Of a stretch of 59,521 bases of DNA, positions 35,388 to 47,642 are shown piece after piece. The notes beneath the pieces are model-generated. The model saw nothing but the letters and a program-made list of their open reading frames with translations, did not search any database and was not told the origin of the DNA. This stretch comes from Bifidobacterium breve (GTDB taxonomy: Bacteria; Actinomycetota; Actinomycetes; S36-B12). Each line of letters opens with the position of its first letter. Within the stretch, counting starts at the first letter, position 1. A program made the position numbers and the translations under genes. The stretch spans positions 1 to 59,521 of the forward strand of contig CAMDKQ010000001.1 of assembly GCA_945901095.1 (NCBI GenBank), given 5' to 3'.

Positions 35388-37370
35388 CTACGTCACATAG
35401 CCGACGACGGACACCCTCACCTTCGCCGACACCGACGATGTCACCGCGATTCGCCCGTCAGCACCGACGGGCGCAAGCACGACCGCGGCGTACCGGGTAT
35501 TCGCGACCACAGGGGCCGAGCGAGTGCCAGGCGAGACCCCATCGGAGGCGAACACCGAGACCGTGCCGTCCTGCGCGCCCTTGCGAGTCTGCACTCGGAG
35601 CAGCACCGCCTTCAACCGCTTCTTCTTCGGCAGGCCGAACTGGCCGGCGGCACTGAACATCTTCGTCTCGCCCGCGGCGAAGGTGGACGAGAACATCGGG
35701 CGGGGCGTGATGCCGGTGGCAGTTCTCATCGTTTCAGCGGTGCCGTAGCCGAGTACTTCCACGCGCAGGCTCACCGCCGGCCGCTTTGACGCAGTCAGCC
35801 GCACCTGGCCGCCTGAAACGGGCACCAGCATGATCTCCTTGTGCATCTTCGCCTTTGGGAAAGCGAAGCGGGCGGCTGCATTCTTGTCGTCAATTCGGCC
35901 GATGCGGACGGAGCCCTTGCGAGTCGCATCCTTGCTCGTCACGAAGATGAGGGCAGATCGCGCTTCCGCCGGAACGCCCGCCAACGTGACGTTGCGCTCC
36001 TCCCCCGGCTTTAGGGGGCCATCGGTGGCCGACTCGTAGCCGACGACAGACCCCAGCGGGAAGAAGTCGGTGGGCTCGGGTGCCAGTGGCGGCGCCGGGG
36101 TTCCCCCGGGCGGCGCTACCGGTTGCACAGCCGGGCCACTGGCCCCGCTCAGGTAGTAGCCGAGCACATCGACCACGAGATCGGTTGCCCCCGCCGAGGT
36201 CGCCAGCGCAATCGTCCCGTCGGACGCAACCGGCACGACAACCTCGGCCGCCGCGTCGGTGCTCATGGCGACCTTCACCGCAGGCTGGCTCTTCACCTGG
36301 CCGGGTGACCACACCCGTACGGTCGACGGTGCGTTGGACTGGACGGCGGTAAGGCGGATCCTGACGCCGGATACTCCTGTGGCTGGAACGGCTCCTTGAC
36401 CGACCACACGCGCGAAGATTCGGTGACTGTCCCCCGACCATCGGTCCTGCTGCAGTCTGCAACGCTGCTCGATCCCGACACCGTCGGCGGTACTGAGCAC
36501 GCGAACCGGCTCAATCGCGATCATGTCGCCCTTGACCGCCTCATCCGGTGTCGTCGCACCCGTACTCTTGCGAGGGCAATAGAGCCCGGTCGCCGCTGAG
36601 CCGTCCCAGAAGGAGTTGGTCCCGGTGGCGCCATCCCATGTCAGCGATATGTGGATGTGATTTCGATGGCAGGTCGTGTCGGATGACTTCTCCGGCTTCG
36701 AGAAGCAACCCTTGAGCTCCGTCCATCCCCGGTCAATTTCGTAGCCGCGCCAGATCCGGTCATTCCAGCCCACGTACATCACCCCGAGGCGAACCGCATT
36801 GCCGTAGGGCCGCCCCGCGGCGTCAGGGCCGAGAAGCCAGGTGAGGAAGGCCTCCGCATTTGCACGCTCCTGCGCCTTTCGCACATCGGTCATCCAGTCG
36901 AGGGCTCGGCCCTCCTTGTGCTCACTTTGCCCACCGACCTCACACCCTCGTGGGATCCACACGGTCTGCTCAGACCCATACGTGGCCTTGATGAGGTCAG
37001 CGAGTTTTTGGGCACCCGGCTTGACTGACGGATCACACTGCGACTGCCCCTCGTACGTTGGATCGACGTCGTACTCGACAGGCAGCGGGGTGGTCCCCAC
37101 CGGAACGACAGCGGCCGGAAGCCCGGTGCCGGGTACGGGGGGTCCGGCGGCGACCCCTGTCCAATTCGAAGACTGCCATCCGGATGGTGCGTCCGCGGCG
37201 TTGGCCAAGGGGACCAGAAGCGCTGCTCCGACGAGAGAGACGACGGCGATAACCGGACCGCGCTTCAGCCCCCGGCCAAGTGGTCCCCGCCCGAGCCCCG
37301 CAACGACCTGACCCGGGGTGCCGGGCAGGAGGCGGCGCAGGGCAGAATGCCCTAATCGGCGGGGAAGCAC
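35388..37370 (-). CDS. Secreted LAS-superfamily (peptidase M15/VanY-like) zinc peptidase with three C-terminal repeat domains
   Basis: Has an N-terminal signal/TM segment. SEHKEGRALD matches SxHxxGxAxD, and HIH provides the second LAS motif. Three modules of about 100 aa each end in V(L/V)GY (VDVLGY, VEVLGY, VSVVGY). Confidence 0.7.
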   Translation of the reverse strand: MLPRRLGHSALRRLLPGTPGQVVAGLGRGPLGRGLKRGPVIAVVSLVGAALLVPLANAADAPSGWQSSNWTGVAAGPPVPGTGLPAAVVPVGTTPLPVEYDVDPTYEGQSQCDPSVKPGAQKLADLIKATYGSEQTVWIPRGCEVGGQSEHKEGRALDWMTDVRKAQERANAEAFLTWLLGPDAAGRPYGNAVRLGVMYVGWNDRIWRGYEIDRGWTELKGCFSKPEKSSDTTCHRNHIHISLTWDGATGTNSFWDGSAATGLYCPRKSTGATTPDEAVKGDMIAIEPVRVLSTADGVGIEQRCRLQQDRWSGDSHRIFARVVGQGAVPATGVSGVRIRLTAVQSNAPSTVRVWSPGQVKSQPAVKVAMSTDAAAEVVVPVASDGTIALATSAGATDLVVDVLGYYLSGASGPAVQPVAPPGGTPAPPLAPEPTDFFPLGSVVGYESATDGPLKPGEERNVTLAGVPAEARSALIFVTSKDATRKGSVRIGRIDDKNAAARFAFPKAKMHKEIMLVPVSGGQVRLTASKRPAVSLRVEVLGYGTAETMRTATGITPRPMFSSTFAAGETKMFSAAGQFGLPKKKRLKAVLLRVQTRKGAQDGTVSVFASDGVSPGTRSAPVVANTRYAAVVLAPVGADGRIAVTSSVSAKVRVSVVGYVT

Positions 37371-37497
37371 CTAGTTATGGTGTCACGGAAGTGGCGAAAG
37401 TTTCTACTGTGGCGCGATGAGACCCAGGTTTCCTTGCCTAATTCACCCTTCCGTCCCGCGAACCGCCCGGAATTCTCGCGGGCTTGTGAGGAAACAC

Positions 37498-38217
37498 ATG
37501 CTTGACGACACCGACATCGAACGAATTCTCGTCGTGACGGCCCACCCCGATGACGTCGACTTCGGCGCTGGCGGAACCGTCGCCGCAGCGACCACAGCCG
37601 GTATCACCGTCACCTACTGCATCATCACCGATGGCGATGCTGGCGGATCTGACCACGAGGTCCCCCGCTCCGATATCCCCGCCATCAGGCGTTCAGAGCA
37701 GCGGGCAGCCGGTGAGATCCTCGGCGTCCGCGACGTCCGCTTCCTTGGCTACATCGATGGTGAACTCACCGTCACCCATGAACTGCGCCGTGACATCAGT
37801 CGAGTCATCCGACAGGTACGCCCGCAGCGGATGCTCATCCAGTCCCCTGACCGCAACTGGGACCGCATCTATGGTTCGCACCCTGATCACCTCGCGGCAG
37901 GCGAGGCCGCGATCTGCGCCGTCTACCCCGATGCACGGAACCCATTTGCGCACACGGTGCTGTTCCAGGACGAGGGCCTAGCCGACTGGGCCGTTCCCGA
38001 GGTGTGGGTGTTCGGCACGCCCACCCCCAACCACTACGTCGATGCCACTGAGCACTTCGACCGCAAGATCGAGGCCCTCAGGGCCCACATCAGCCAGACC
38101 GCCCACATGGACGACCTCGCCGATCGAGTCCGCGGGTGGATGACGATGCAGGCAGCTGAAGCAGGCATGCCCGACGGGCGCCTCGCCGAGGCATTCATGG
38201 TCGTCAACACCGCCTGA
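37498..38217 (+). CDS. PIG-L/LmbE-family deacetylase
   Basis: Contains the VVTAHPDDVDFGAGG motif. The ATG at 37498 is preceded by GAGGA. The ORF-track start at 37417 is an upstream extension. Confidence 0.8.
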   Translation: MLDDTDIERILVVTAHPDDVDFGAGGTVAAATTAGITVTYCIITDGDAGGSDHEVPRSDIPAIRRSEQRAAGEILGVRDVRFLGYIDGELTVTHELRRDISRVIRQVRPQRMLIQSPDRNWDRIYGSHPDHLAAGEAAICAVYPDARNPFAHTVLFQDEGLADWAVPEVWVFGTPTPNHYVDATEHFDRKIEALRAHISQTAHMDDLADRVRGWMTMQAAEAGMPDGRLAEAFMVVNTA

Positions 38218-38253
38218 CGGAAATGCGCGGGCAAGCTACCAGAGGACAGCGAC

Positions 38254-38604
38254 CTACCAGAAGACAGAGACGATGACGTTCACGAGGGTGAGCGCGCCAA
38301 TGATGCCCCAGAGCGGAACCTGCGGCGGCTGCTTCTTGCGTCCCACGAAGGCGAGCACGGTGATGACGAGCACGATAAGCAACTTGACCGAGACCTTCGT
38401 CATGTCCAGCGGGTCGCCCTCCAGCGAGCCCGACTCCGCGATCCCGACCATGAGTACGCCGGTCACAAGTTGGGTGAGCGCGCCATGCCACATGGCCGGA
38501 TTCACGCCCTTGTCGGCCGACTTCATCTGCACGATGAACCCGCCGAGGAGGCTGGCAAGTCCGACGAAGTGCAGCACCAGAATCACGTTGTAGAGGGACT
38601 GCAT
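38254..38604 (-). CDS. Small membrane protein of unknown function
   Basis: About 116 aa from the ATG at 38604 (MQSLYNVILVLHFVGLASLLGG...), with 3-4 TM helices. The longer listed ORF would overlap the guaA 3' end. Confidence 0.55.
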   Translation of the reverse strand: MQSLYNVILVLHFVGLASLLGGFIVQMKSADKGVNPAMWHGALTQLVTGVLMVGIAESGSLEGDPLDMTKVSVKLLIVLVITVLAFVGRKKQPPQVPLWGIIGALTLVNVIVSVFW

Positions 38605-38608
38605 GGCG

Positions 38609-40177
38609 TTACTCCCACTCGATTGTGCCCGGAGGCTTTGATGTGATGTCCAACGTAACGCGATTGACCTCGCGGACCTCGTTGGTGATGCGTGTCGAGA
38701 TACGCGCGAGCAGGTCATAGGGCAACCGTGACCAGTCCGCGGTCATGGCATCCTCACTCGAGACCGGGCGGAGCACGACCGGGTGACCGTACGTGCGGCC
38801 ATCGCCCTGCACGCCAACCGACCGGACATCGGCGAGGAGTACGACCGGGAACTGCCACACCTCGCGGTCGAGACCGGCAGCCGTGAGCTCCTCGCGCGCG
38901 ATGGCGTCTGCCTCACGCAAGATCGCTAGACGTTCCGCGTCGATCGCGCCCACGATGCGAATGGCCAGGCCCGGGCCCGGGAAGGGCTGGCGCCAGACGA
39001 TCTCCTCGGGCAGGCCGAGATCAAGGCCCACCTGCCGAACTTCATCCTTGAACAAAGCGCGCAGCGGCTCGACGAGGGCGAACTTCATGTCCTCCGGCAG
39101 ACCGCCGACATTGTGGTGACTCTTGATATTCGCAGTGCCTGATCCGCCGCCAGACTCTACGACATCCGGGTAAAGGGTGCCCTGTACCAGGAAATCTACG
39201 GTCTGACCCTGAGCGCCGGCAGCGGCGATCACCTGTGCCGTGGCGTCCTCGAACACGCGGATGAACTCACGTCCGATGATCTTGCGCTTGGTCTCGGGAT
39301 CACTAACACTGGCGAGGGCAGTGAGAAATCGCTCCTGCGCATCGACGACGACAAGCTTCACGCCGGTGGCTGCGACGAAGTCGCGTTCAACCTGCTCAGC
39401 CTCGCCCTTGCGCAGCAGGCCGTGGTCGACGAACACGCAGGTGAGCTGATCGCCGACCGCACGCTGCACGAGCGCCGCGGCGACAGCCGAGTCAACGCCG
39501 CCAGAGAGACCGCAGATCACCAGCCCACCGCCGACCTGCTCCTTGATTCGAGCGACCTGCTCGTCGATCACATTGGTCATGGTCCAGTTCGGCGCGAGCC
39601 CCGCGATGTCGTAGAGGAAGTGCACCAAGACTTCTTGCCCATGCGCACTGTGCCTGACCTCAGGGTGAAACTGCACGCCTGCCATGCGGCGCTCGGCATT
39701 CTCGAAGGCTGCCACGGGCGCACCGGCCGATGTGGCCGAGATGATGAAGCCGTCGGGCGCCACCGACACGCAGTCGCCGTGAGACATCCACACGTTCGCA
39801 GTGGCGGGCAGGCCGGAAAAGAGCGCACCCGGCTCGGCAACCGTGAGTTCAGTGCCGCCGAACTCGCCTAGGCCCGTCTTGATGACGGTGCCACCGAGGG
39901 CCTTCGCCATGGCCTGAAATCCATAGCAGATGCCGAATATGGGAATGCCGAGCTCGAGGATCGCCTGGTCGAGGGAGGGCGCACCCTCCTCGTACACACT
40001 CGACGGACCGCCGGAGAGCACGATGGCGGCAGGAAACTTGGCCGAGACCTCGGCCGCGGTGATGGTGTGCGGGACGATTTCGGAGTAGACCCGCGCCTCA
40101 CGCACCCGGCGGGCGATGAGCTGCGCGTACTGGGCCCCGAAATCAATGACGAGGACCACCTGCTGCGCATCTGCCAC
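38609..40177 (-). CDS. guaA: GMP synthase (glutamine-hydrolysing)
   Basis: Contains a class I GATase motif (GICYGFQ), the PP-loop LSGGVDS, and the C-terminus PPGTIEWE. Confidence 0.97.
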   Translation of the reverse strand: MADAQQVVLVIDFGAQYAQLIARRVREARVYSEIVPHTITAAEVSAKFPAAIVLSGGPSSVYEEGAPSLDQAILELGIPIFGICYGFQAMAKALGGTVIKTGLGEFGGTELTVAEPGALFSGLPATANVWMSHGDCVSVAPDGFIISATSAGAPVAAFENAERRMAGVQFHPEVRHSAHGQEVLVHFLYDIAGLAPNWTMTNVIDEQVARIKEQVGGGLVICGLSGGVDSAVAAALVQRAVGDQLTCVFVDHGLLRKGEAEQVERDFVAATGVKLVVVDAQERFLTALASVSDPETKRKIIGREFIRVFEDATAQVIAAAGAQGQTVDFLVQGTLYPDVVESGGGSGTANIKSHHNVGGLPEDMKFALVEPLRALFKDEVRQVGLDLGLPEEIVWRQPFPGPGLAIRIVGAIDAERLAILREADAIAREELTAAGLDREVWQFPVVLLADVRSVGVQGDGRTYGHPVVLRPVSSEDAMTADWSRLPYDLLARISTRITNEVREVNRVTLDITSKPPGTIEWE

Positions 40178-40187
40178 GTCCGAGATC

Positions 40188-40487
40188 CTATTGAGAGCCA
40201 GCAGAAGGGAAGGCTCCGAGCAGTCCGAGCGAAGCCACGATCACGAGATCGATGAGCACTCCAAACACCACTGACGCGATGAGCCAGCGCCTAGCCGCCT
40301 TCGAGGATCGCTCCGCGCGAACGCGGTCCCCGTTGCCTGTCGCCTTCGCGGATCGCCACCCGAGGTACACCGCGACGAGCCCGAACGGCAGGAAGCAGAA
40401 AGCCGTGGTGGCAATGGCCCGGCCCAAGTACGTGGGCGGCGCCTCGTGCTGGGGCTTCCGAGCCGTTGCCGGCTGCTCATTGGACAT
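40188..40487 (-). CDS. CD225/dispanin-family small membrane protein
   Basis: 99-aa ORF. The pattern [27 protein letters not shown]...GD...A...S is typical of this family. Confidence 0.68.
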   Translation of the reverse strand: MSNEQPATARKPQHEAPPTYLGRAIATTAFCFLPFGLVAVYLGWRSAKATGNGDRVRAERSSKAARRWLIASVVFGVLIDLVIVASLGLLGAFPSAGSQ

Positions 40488-40559
40488 CGGAAGGCAGACT
40501 ACCCGCGGGCCGCAGGGCAGCCGAACGGGAGTCGTGATGACCTACGCGTCACCAGCGGA

Positions 40560-42248
40560 TCAGATGCCGTGGACAACAATGCGCAGGGCTCCAACTGCTT
40601 CATCGGGCACGACCGGATTCCTTGGGGCCGTCGCCTCCACCCGCCGGTACTGCTCACCGAGTGCTGGCCGCTGGTCGACCTCCCCCTTGTTCGGCCACAT
40701 CGACATCGCACGCTCGGCCTGCGCCGTAATCGTGAGGGACGGATTGACTCCGAGATTCGCCGTGATGGCAGACCCGTCGACAACGTGCAGCCCCGGATGC
40801 CCAAATGCCCGGTGATACGGGTCGATCACACCGTGCTCTGGGTCAGCCGCGATCACACAGCCCCCGACGAAGTGAGCGGTCATGGCCGCGTCGAAACTTT
40901 CGAACACATTGCTCCCTGGCACGCCGTCGATCTTCTCTGCGATTCGGTGAACGACGTCGGCCGCTGCCGGAATATAGGTCGGGGCCGGGCGCGACTCGTC
41001 CTTACGCGTCGTGAGCTTCCATCGTCCGAGTCGGGATCGTCCACCGGTGAGCGTGAGCGAGTTATCGACCGCCTGCATGACGAGTGAGATAACCGCTCGC
41101 TCACTCCAGCGATGCACGTTGAGGAGGGCAACCGCCTGACGACGCTGCCGGACCATCTCGCGCGTCCACACCCGCCAGCGGGCCCTGCCCTCCTGCGGAA
41201 CGGTGAGCACCGATTGCAGCAGGCCCATCGAGTTCGAGCCCTTGCCGTACCGCACTGCCTCGACGTGAGTGCTCTCGTCGGGGAAGAAACTCGAAGTGAT
41301 CGCGACACCCTGGGTGTAGTCGCTGTCCGCGGAGCGAGCCACTGCACCGAGGATCGACTCACTATTCGTGCGCGAGAGTCGGCCAAGAGCCGGTGAAAGG
41401 TTCGGCAACCGGCCATCGTCCTTCATGCGGTGGAGGAGCCGCTGGGTGTTGTACGTGCCGGCTGCCATGATGACGTGATCTGCGGTGAAGGTACGGCGGC
41501 GGCGCCGGATCCAGGCACCCGTGCGCTCAGTCGTGATGACGAATCCTCCACCCGGCTGCTCGTCAATCGCGACAACGGTCGTGAGTGGGCGGACGGTGGC
41601 ACCTGCACCCTCGGCGAGGCCGAGGTAGTTCTTCGGCAGCGTGTTCTTTGCCCCGATCCGGCATCCGGTCATGCAGGAGCCACAGTGGGTGCACCCGGTG
41701 CGAGATGGTCCAGCGCCACCGAAGAACGGATCCTCCCGTGTCACGCCGGGCCCGTCTCCGAAGTAGACCGCCACCGGCGTAAGCCGGAACGTATGCCCGA
41801 CGCCCATGTCGTCGGCAATCGCCTTCATGATGAGGTCGCTTCGAGTCATCAGCGGGTTGTCAGTGACACCGAGCATGCGCGAGGCCTGGTCGTAGTGCGG
41901 TGCTAACTCCTGGGCCCAGTCTGTGATGTCGCGCCATTGCACATCGTCGAAGAATGGCTTGGGCGGGACGTAAAGGGTGTTCGCGTAGTTCAGTGAACCG
42001 CCACCGACACCGGCCCCGGCGAGGACGACGACGTCCTTGAGAATGTGGATGCGCTGAATGCCGGTGAAACCGAGCCGCGGCGCCCACAGGAATGAGCGCA
42101 GGCGCCATGAGGTCTTCGGCAGGTCTGCATCAGCGAAACGGCGGCCGGCCTCGAATACCGACACTCGGTAGCCCTTTTCAGTGAGCCGCAGGGCGGACAC
42201 AGACCCGCCGAAGCCAGATCCGATGATCGCGACGTCAACGTCCGACAT
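40560..42248 (-). CDS. GMC-family FAD oxidoreductase (cholesterol oxidase ChoD-like)
   Basis: Contains an N-terminal FAD motif (VAIIGSGFGGS). The 562-aa length and the position next to the guaB genes match mycobacterial choD (recalled from memory). Confidence 0.82.
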   Translation of the reverse strand: MSDVDVAIIGSGFGGSVSALRLTEKGYRVSVFEAGRRFADADLPKTSWRLRSFLWAPRLGFTGIQRIHILKDVVVLAGAGVGGGSLNYANTLYVPPKPFFDDVQWRDITDWAQELAPHYDQASRMLGVTDNPLMTRSDLIMKAIADDMGVGHTFRLTPVAVYFGDGPGVTREDPFFGGAGPSRTGCTHCGSCMTGCRIGAKNTLPKNYLGLAEGAGATVRPLTTVVAIDEQPGGGFVITTERTGAWIRRRRRTFTADHVIMAAGTYNTQRLLHRMKDDGRLPNLSPALGRLSRTNSESILGAVARSADSDYTQGVAITSSFFPDESTHVEAVRYGKGSNSMGLLQSVLTVPQEGRARWRVWTREMVRQRRQAVALLNVHRWSERAVISLVMQAVDNSLTLTGGRSRLGRWKLTTRKDESRPAPTYIPAAADVVHRIAEKIDGVPGSNVFESFDAAMTAHFVGGCVIAADPEHGVIDPYHRAFGHPGLHVVDGSAITANLGVNPSLTITAQAERAMSMWPNKGEVDQRPALGEQYRRVEATAPRNPVVPDEAVGALRIVVHGI

Positions 42249-42271
42249 GCTTCCTCCCGCGGTTTGCCGGC

Positions 42272-43831
42272 CTACTTCAGGCCGAGCCGTTTCAAGGCCC
42301 CTACGGCCAAGACAAGTGTCTCGCCCCAGCGCTCATCTGACCACCCGTTTGGGGCACCGAATCCAAGGAACCGCTGATGGGCGACCGTCTGCGGCTCCGT
42401 GTACTTCAGGAGTCCCTCTTCGCCATGCCTTCTGCCCATGCCGGAATCCCCCATCCCTCCCATCGGTGCGCGAGTACTCCCCCACGCTGCCGCGTGCCCC
42501 TCATTCACGTTGACCGTGCCTGCGTGAAGCCGTGCGGCGATCCGACGACCCTGCCGATGATCACGGGTCACCACCGATGCATTGAGCCCGTATGAGGAGG
42601 CATTCGCCGCCGTGATTGCCTCCTCGTCGGATGCCACCTTGTAAAGCGCGACGACCGGGCCGAAGGTCTCCTCATGGCAGAGGGCCATGTCAGTCGTCAC
42701 GTTCTCTAGGACTGTTGGCTCGACGTAGTAAGGGCCGATGTCCGGTCGATGACGGCCACCGGCAAGCAGTCGCGCGCCACGGGTCGTCGCGTCGAAAATG
42801 TGCCCGAGAACGCGCTCGACCTGAGTCGCCGAGATGAGTGAGCCCATATCCGCTCCCCAGCCGACTCCCGCCTTCATCGTCATTGCATCGATACGCCGGA
42901 CGAATGCCGACACAAAATCCTCGTAGACGTGCTCGTGCACGTAGATGCGTTCCATCGAGATGCACAGCTGCCCCGAATTGGAGAAGCAGGCACGTACTGC
43001 GATCTCTGATGCCCGCTCGATATCGGCGTCAGCTCGTACGATCATGGCATTTTTGCCACCCAGCTCCATCGAGTGACCGATCAGTCGCTCCCCGCAGCGG
43101 CGGGCCACCTCACGTCCGACTCGCGTCGACCCCGTGAACATGACGTAGTCGACCTCCTCGATGACAAGGGGTCCGACGACGGGTCCCTCTCCGGTCACCA
43201 CCGGGATGAGATCCGCCGGTACACCCGCCTCGATGAGGAGATCGACAGCCCACAGCGCGGTGAGGGTGGTCTGGACGTCGGGCTTGAGGATCACCGCATT
43301 GCCGGCGAGCAGCGCCGGGATGCCGTCGCTCACCGCCAGGGTGAGCGGGTAATTCCAGGGCGCGAGCACTCCGACCAGGCCGCGCGGATGGTGCAGTTCC
43401 TGCACCCCGACCATGAGCGGGAAGACGCCACGGTGACGAGTCGGACGCAGGAGCCTGCGGGCATCACGCGCGTAGTGCCGCGCGGTGACGAGGACGTCAA
43501 GGAGTTCCTCCAGCGCATCGCGACGTGCCTTGCCCGTCTCGAGTTGCACGATGTCGAGCGCAGTGTCGCGGCGCCTCCGGACGAGATCATGGAAGGCGAG
43601 GACGATGCCACACCGCTCGCGCACTGACCGCGCGGACCATTCCACCTGTGCCGTGCGCGCCCTTTCAGCGGCGTGCTGTACCTCGGGCGCACCTGACAGA
43701 GGGAGTGAGTAGAGAGGCTCCCCGGTGAACGGAGCGAGGACGACTCGGGTCGATGGATCCGCCCCAAGGGTCGCTCGCCCGAGCAGTCGCTGAATAACTG
43801 CGGGGTTGATCGAAGTGGCCGCATCAGTCAC
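42272..43831 (-). CDS. NAD(P)-dependent aldehyde dehydrogenase (succinate-semialdehyde dehydrogenase-like)
   Basis: Contains MELGGKNA and the catalytic Cys region FSNSGQLCIS. It shares a GTGA overlap with the upstream gene's stop. Confidence 0.9.
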   Translation of the reverse strand: MTDAATSINPAVIQRLLGRATLGADPSTRVVLAPFTGEPLYSLPLSGAPEVQHAAERARTAQVEWSARSVRERCGIVLAFHDLVRRRRDTALDIVQLETGKARRDALEELLDVLVTARHYARDARRLLRPTRHRGVFPLMVGVQELHHPRGLVGVLAPWNYPLTLAVSDGIPALLAGNAVILKPDVQTTLTALWAVDLLIEAGVPADLIPVVTGEGPVVGPLVIEEVDYVMFTGSTRVGREVARRCGERLIGHSMELGGKNAMIVRADADIERASEIAVRACFSNSGQLCISMERIYVHEHVYEDFVSAFVRRIDAMTMKAGVGWGADMGSLISATQVERVLGHIFDATTRGARLLAGGRHRPDIGPYYVEPTVLENVTTDMALCHEETFGPVVALYKVASDEEAITAANASSYGLNASVVTRDHRQGRRIAARLHAGTVNVNEGHAAAWGSTRAPMGGMGDSGMGRRHGEEGLLKYTEPQTVAHQRFLGFGAPNGWSDERWGETLVLAVGALKRLGLK

Positions 43832-44940
43832 GCAGTGACCACCATCTCGACTCGCTGGAACTCCTTGACGTCGCTGTAGCCGGTCGTTGCCATGGCCTTG
43901 CGCAGCGCCCCCACGATATTGAGGGTGCCCTCCGCGTTGTCAGAAGGACCGTGGAGCACCTGAGCAAAGGCACCGACCTGCGGCAGCAGGTTGCGCTGAC
44001 CGCGGGGCAGGTGTGGATGCCATGCCTCCGCTCCCCAGTGGGCCCCGGCCCCTGGGGCATCGGTTGCCCGGGCGAGCACAGAACCGAGCATCGCGGCGTC
44101 GGCTCCGCATGCAAAGGCCTTCACGATGTCGCCGCTGCGCCCCATCGCACCATCGGCGATGACGTGGACATAGCGGCCACCAGACTCATCGAGGTAGTCG
44201 CGTCGGGCGGCCGCGACATCGCTGACGGCGCTCGCCATCGGCACCCTGACCCCGAGGACATCGGCGGTCGTGTGTGCTGAGCCGCCGCCGAAGCCGACGA
44301 GCACGCCAGCCGCACCGGTTCGCATGAGATGGAGGGCAGCTTGGTATGTCGCGCAGCCTCCGACGATGACAGGAGCATCGAGCTGATGGATGAACTCCTT
44401 GAGGTTGAGCGGGACTCCATCGCCGCTCACATGCTCAGCCGAGACTGTGGTGCCCCGGATGACGATCATGTCGGCGCCAGCAGCAGCGGCGGCTGGTGCG
44501 AGGGACGTGGTGCCCTGCGGACTCACCGCTGCCACGACCGTAACGCCGGAGGCCTTGAGGTCTGCGATGCGCTGTGCGACGAGGTCGAGATCGACTGGCT
44601 GCGTCGAGTAGATCTCCTGCATGCGGGAGGTGACCCGAGCACCGTCGAGGCCAGCGATCTCCCGTAGGAGAGGCTCCGGATCCTCGTACCGGCCCCAGAC
44701 TCCCTCAAGGTTGAGTGCGGCCGGCATGCCCAGTGCACCGAGGGCGCAAACGCTCGCCGGCGACACGACGGAGTCCATCGGAGCCGCGATGAACGGGAGA
44801 TCGAAGTGGTACGCGTCGATGGTCCAAGCGGTCGACACCTCTTGGGGATCCCTGGTTCGACGGCTCGGGGCAATCGCAACCTCGTCGAATGAGTAGGCAC
44901 GGCGGGCTCGCTTCTGGCCGCCGATCTGGATATCGGTCAT
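43828..44940 (-). CDS. GuaB3-type IMP dehydrogenase-family protein lacking CBS domains
   Basis: From the ATG at 44940 the sequence reads MTDIQIGGQKRARRAYSFDEVAIAPSRRTRDP..., with a TIM-barrel IMPDH-like fold and no CBS pair. The listed ORF extending to 45126 would overlap guaB. Confidence 0.88.
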   Translation of the reverse strand: MTDIQIGGQKRARRAYSFDEVAIAPSRRTRDPQEVSTAWTIDAYHFDLPFIAAPMDSVVSPASVCALGALGMPAALNLEGVWGRYEDPEPLLREIAGLDGARVTSRMQEIYSTQPVDLDLVAQRIADLKASGVTVVAAVSPQGTTSLAPAAAAAGADMIVIRGTTVSAEHVSGDGVPLNLKEFIHQLDAPVIVGGCATYQAALHLMRTGAAGVLVGFGGGSAHTTADVLGVRVPMASAVSDVAAARRDYLDESGGRYVHVIADGAMGRSGDIVKAFACGADAAMLGSVLARATDAPGAGAHWGAEAWHPHLPRGQRNLLPQVGAFAQVLHGPSDNAEGTLNIVGALRKAMATTGYSDVKEFQRVEMVVTA

Positions 44941-44947
44941 CGGGTTC

Positions 44948-46525
<1,578 letters not shown>

Positions 46526-46531
46526 CTAAGG

Positions 46532-47539
46532 CTACTCGCCGGCGGCGCGTGCGATTCGCGCGACCGCATCACTCAGGCTCGTGACGCGATCCACCCCGCG
46601 AGGCAGGTCACCGCACCACCCGGGGCCGCCAACGAGTACACGCGGAGCGGGGCGGAAGTGGGGCAAGGTCGCGACCTCATTCGGATCGCCGGTAAGACTG
46701 GTCTGCGACCACACGAACACCGCCGCCGGACCGATGCGCTGCACCGCCTTGACTAGGGAGCTAGCTGGCATTGGCTCGTTGAGAAGACGGACGGAGATCT
46801 GGCGCTCCGCAAGCCCCGCCGCCACGGCCCACAGCGGCAAGGAATGCTGCTCACGGTCGGCGGCAGCAAGGATCACCGCGCGCGCATTGAGGGGGGTCTT
46901 GAGCCGGTGCATCACCTCTGAAAGCGATGAGATCACGGCGCCGGTAAGCGTGTGCTCAATCTCGATGCCCTTTCCCGTCGAGCTCCAACGCTCGCCCACT
47001 CCGGCGAGTACCGGAACGAGCAGGTCGTTCCACGTCGAAATGACTCCTTCTAACTCAATGGATGCATCGATGATCCCCGAGCAGGTCGGGCCATCGAGTG
47101 CCAGTGCGGCTCGGGCCAGCCCGCGCGACGTCGCCGACGCGCCTGGCAGCGCAATGACGTGCCCCCCACCCGGCCTGCCGGTGCTCTCAGGAACCGTCAT
47201 GACCTTTGCGGCAGCGGGGCGTCGGATGAGTTCGGTAACCGAGGCAATGTGCACCGTCTTTGGTTCGGATGCGTCGTCCTCCAACGGGAGGACCTCCGCG
47301 TTGAGCGCGTCCCGGGCCGCGTCGACAGGGGGCACTCCTGCGATGACGAGCCTGCGCATGTGCTCGAGTCGGATCATGTCCTGCGCCGAGTACCGACGAT
47401 GAGTCCCAGCCTCATGGGCGGACGGGCCGAGCCCATACCGGCGGTCCCACGTTCGTAACGTGGCTGGCGCAACCCCTAAACGGCGTGCCACGGCCGACAC
47501 CGTGAGGCCTGGGGCGACGCGAGCGGAACGCACCTGCAC
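46532..47539 (-). CDS. MerR-family regulator with a C-terminal B12-binding module (CarH/LitR-like)
   Basis: Has an N-terminal MerR HTH (LTVSAVARRLGVAPATLRTWDRRYGL). LLVPVLAGVGERWSSTGKGIEIEH fits the B12-binding_2 W-x-EH pattern, and ADREQHSLPLWAVAAGLAERQISVRLL fits the B12-binding His loop. It has a GTG start. Confidence 0.75.
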   Translation of the reverse strand: MQVRSARVAPGLTVSAVARRLGVAPATLRTWDRRYGLGPSAHEAGTHRRYSAQDMIRLEHMRRLVIAGVPPVDAARDALNAEVLPLEDDASEPKTVHIASVTELIRRPAAAKVMTVPESTGRPGGGHVIALPGASATSRGLARAALALDGPTCSGIIDASIELEGVISTWNDLLVPVLAGVGERWSSTGKGIEIEHTLTGAVISSLSEVMHRLKTPLNARAVILAAADREQHSLPLWAVAAGLAERQISVRLLNEPMPASSLVKAVQRIGPAAVFVWSQTSLTGDPNEVATLPHFRPAPRVLVGGPGWCGDLPRGVDRVTSLSDAVARIARAAGE

Positions 47540-47612
47540 ATTGTGAGTGCCACGGTCCCGACTCGCATCTCATCGAACCGCCCGTGAAGCAAATTCTTCT
47601 CCGCGCCCCTTC

Positions 47613-47642
47613 TTGACCAACCTATGAAACGTTTTGTATCAT
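47613..47642 (+). promoter_or_regulatory. Candidate housekeeping-sigma promoter of whiB (TTGACC, 18-nt spacer, TATCAT)
   Basis: TTGACC lies at 47613..47618 and TATCAT at 47637..47642. The palindrome AAACGTTT (47627..47634) sits inside the spacer. AGGAGG precedes the ATG at 47695. Confidence 0.4.

Noticed and set aside
37371-37497. Possible riboswitch (ydaO/c-di-AMP type) upstream of the cell-wall peptidase gene, and B12 riboswitches elsewhere
   Set aside because: I could not find the conserved core motifs by eye, such as a B12 box in any intergenic region. Only coding-region matches to GCCACTG were seen. A covariance-model scan would be needed to exclude them formally.
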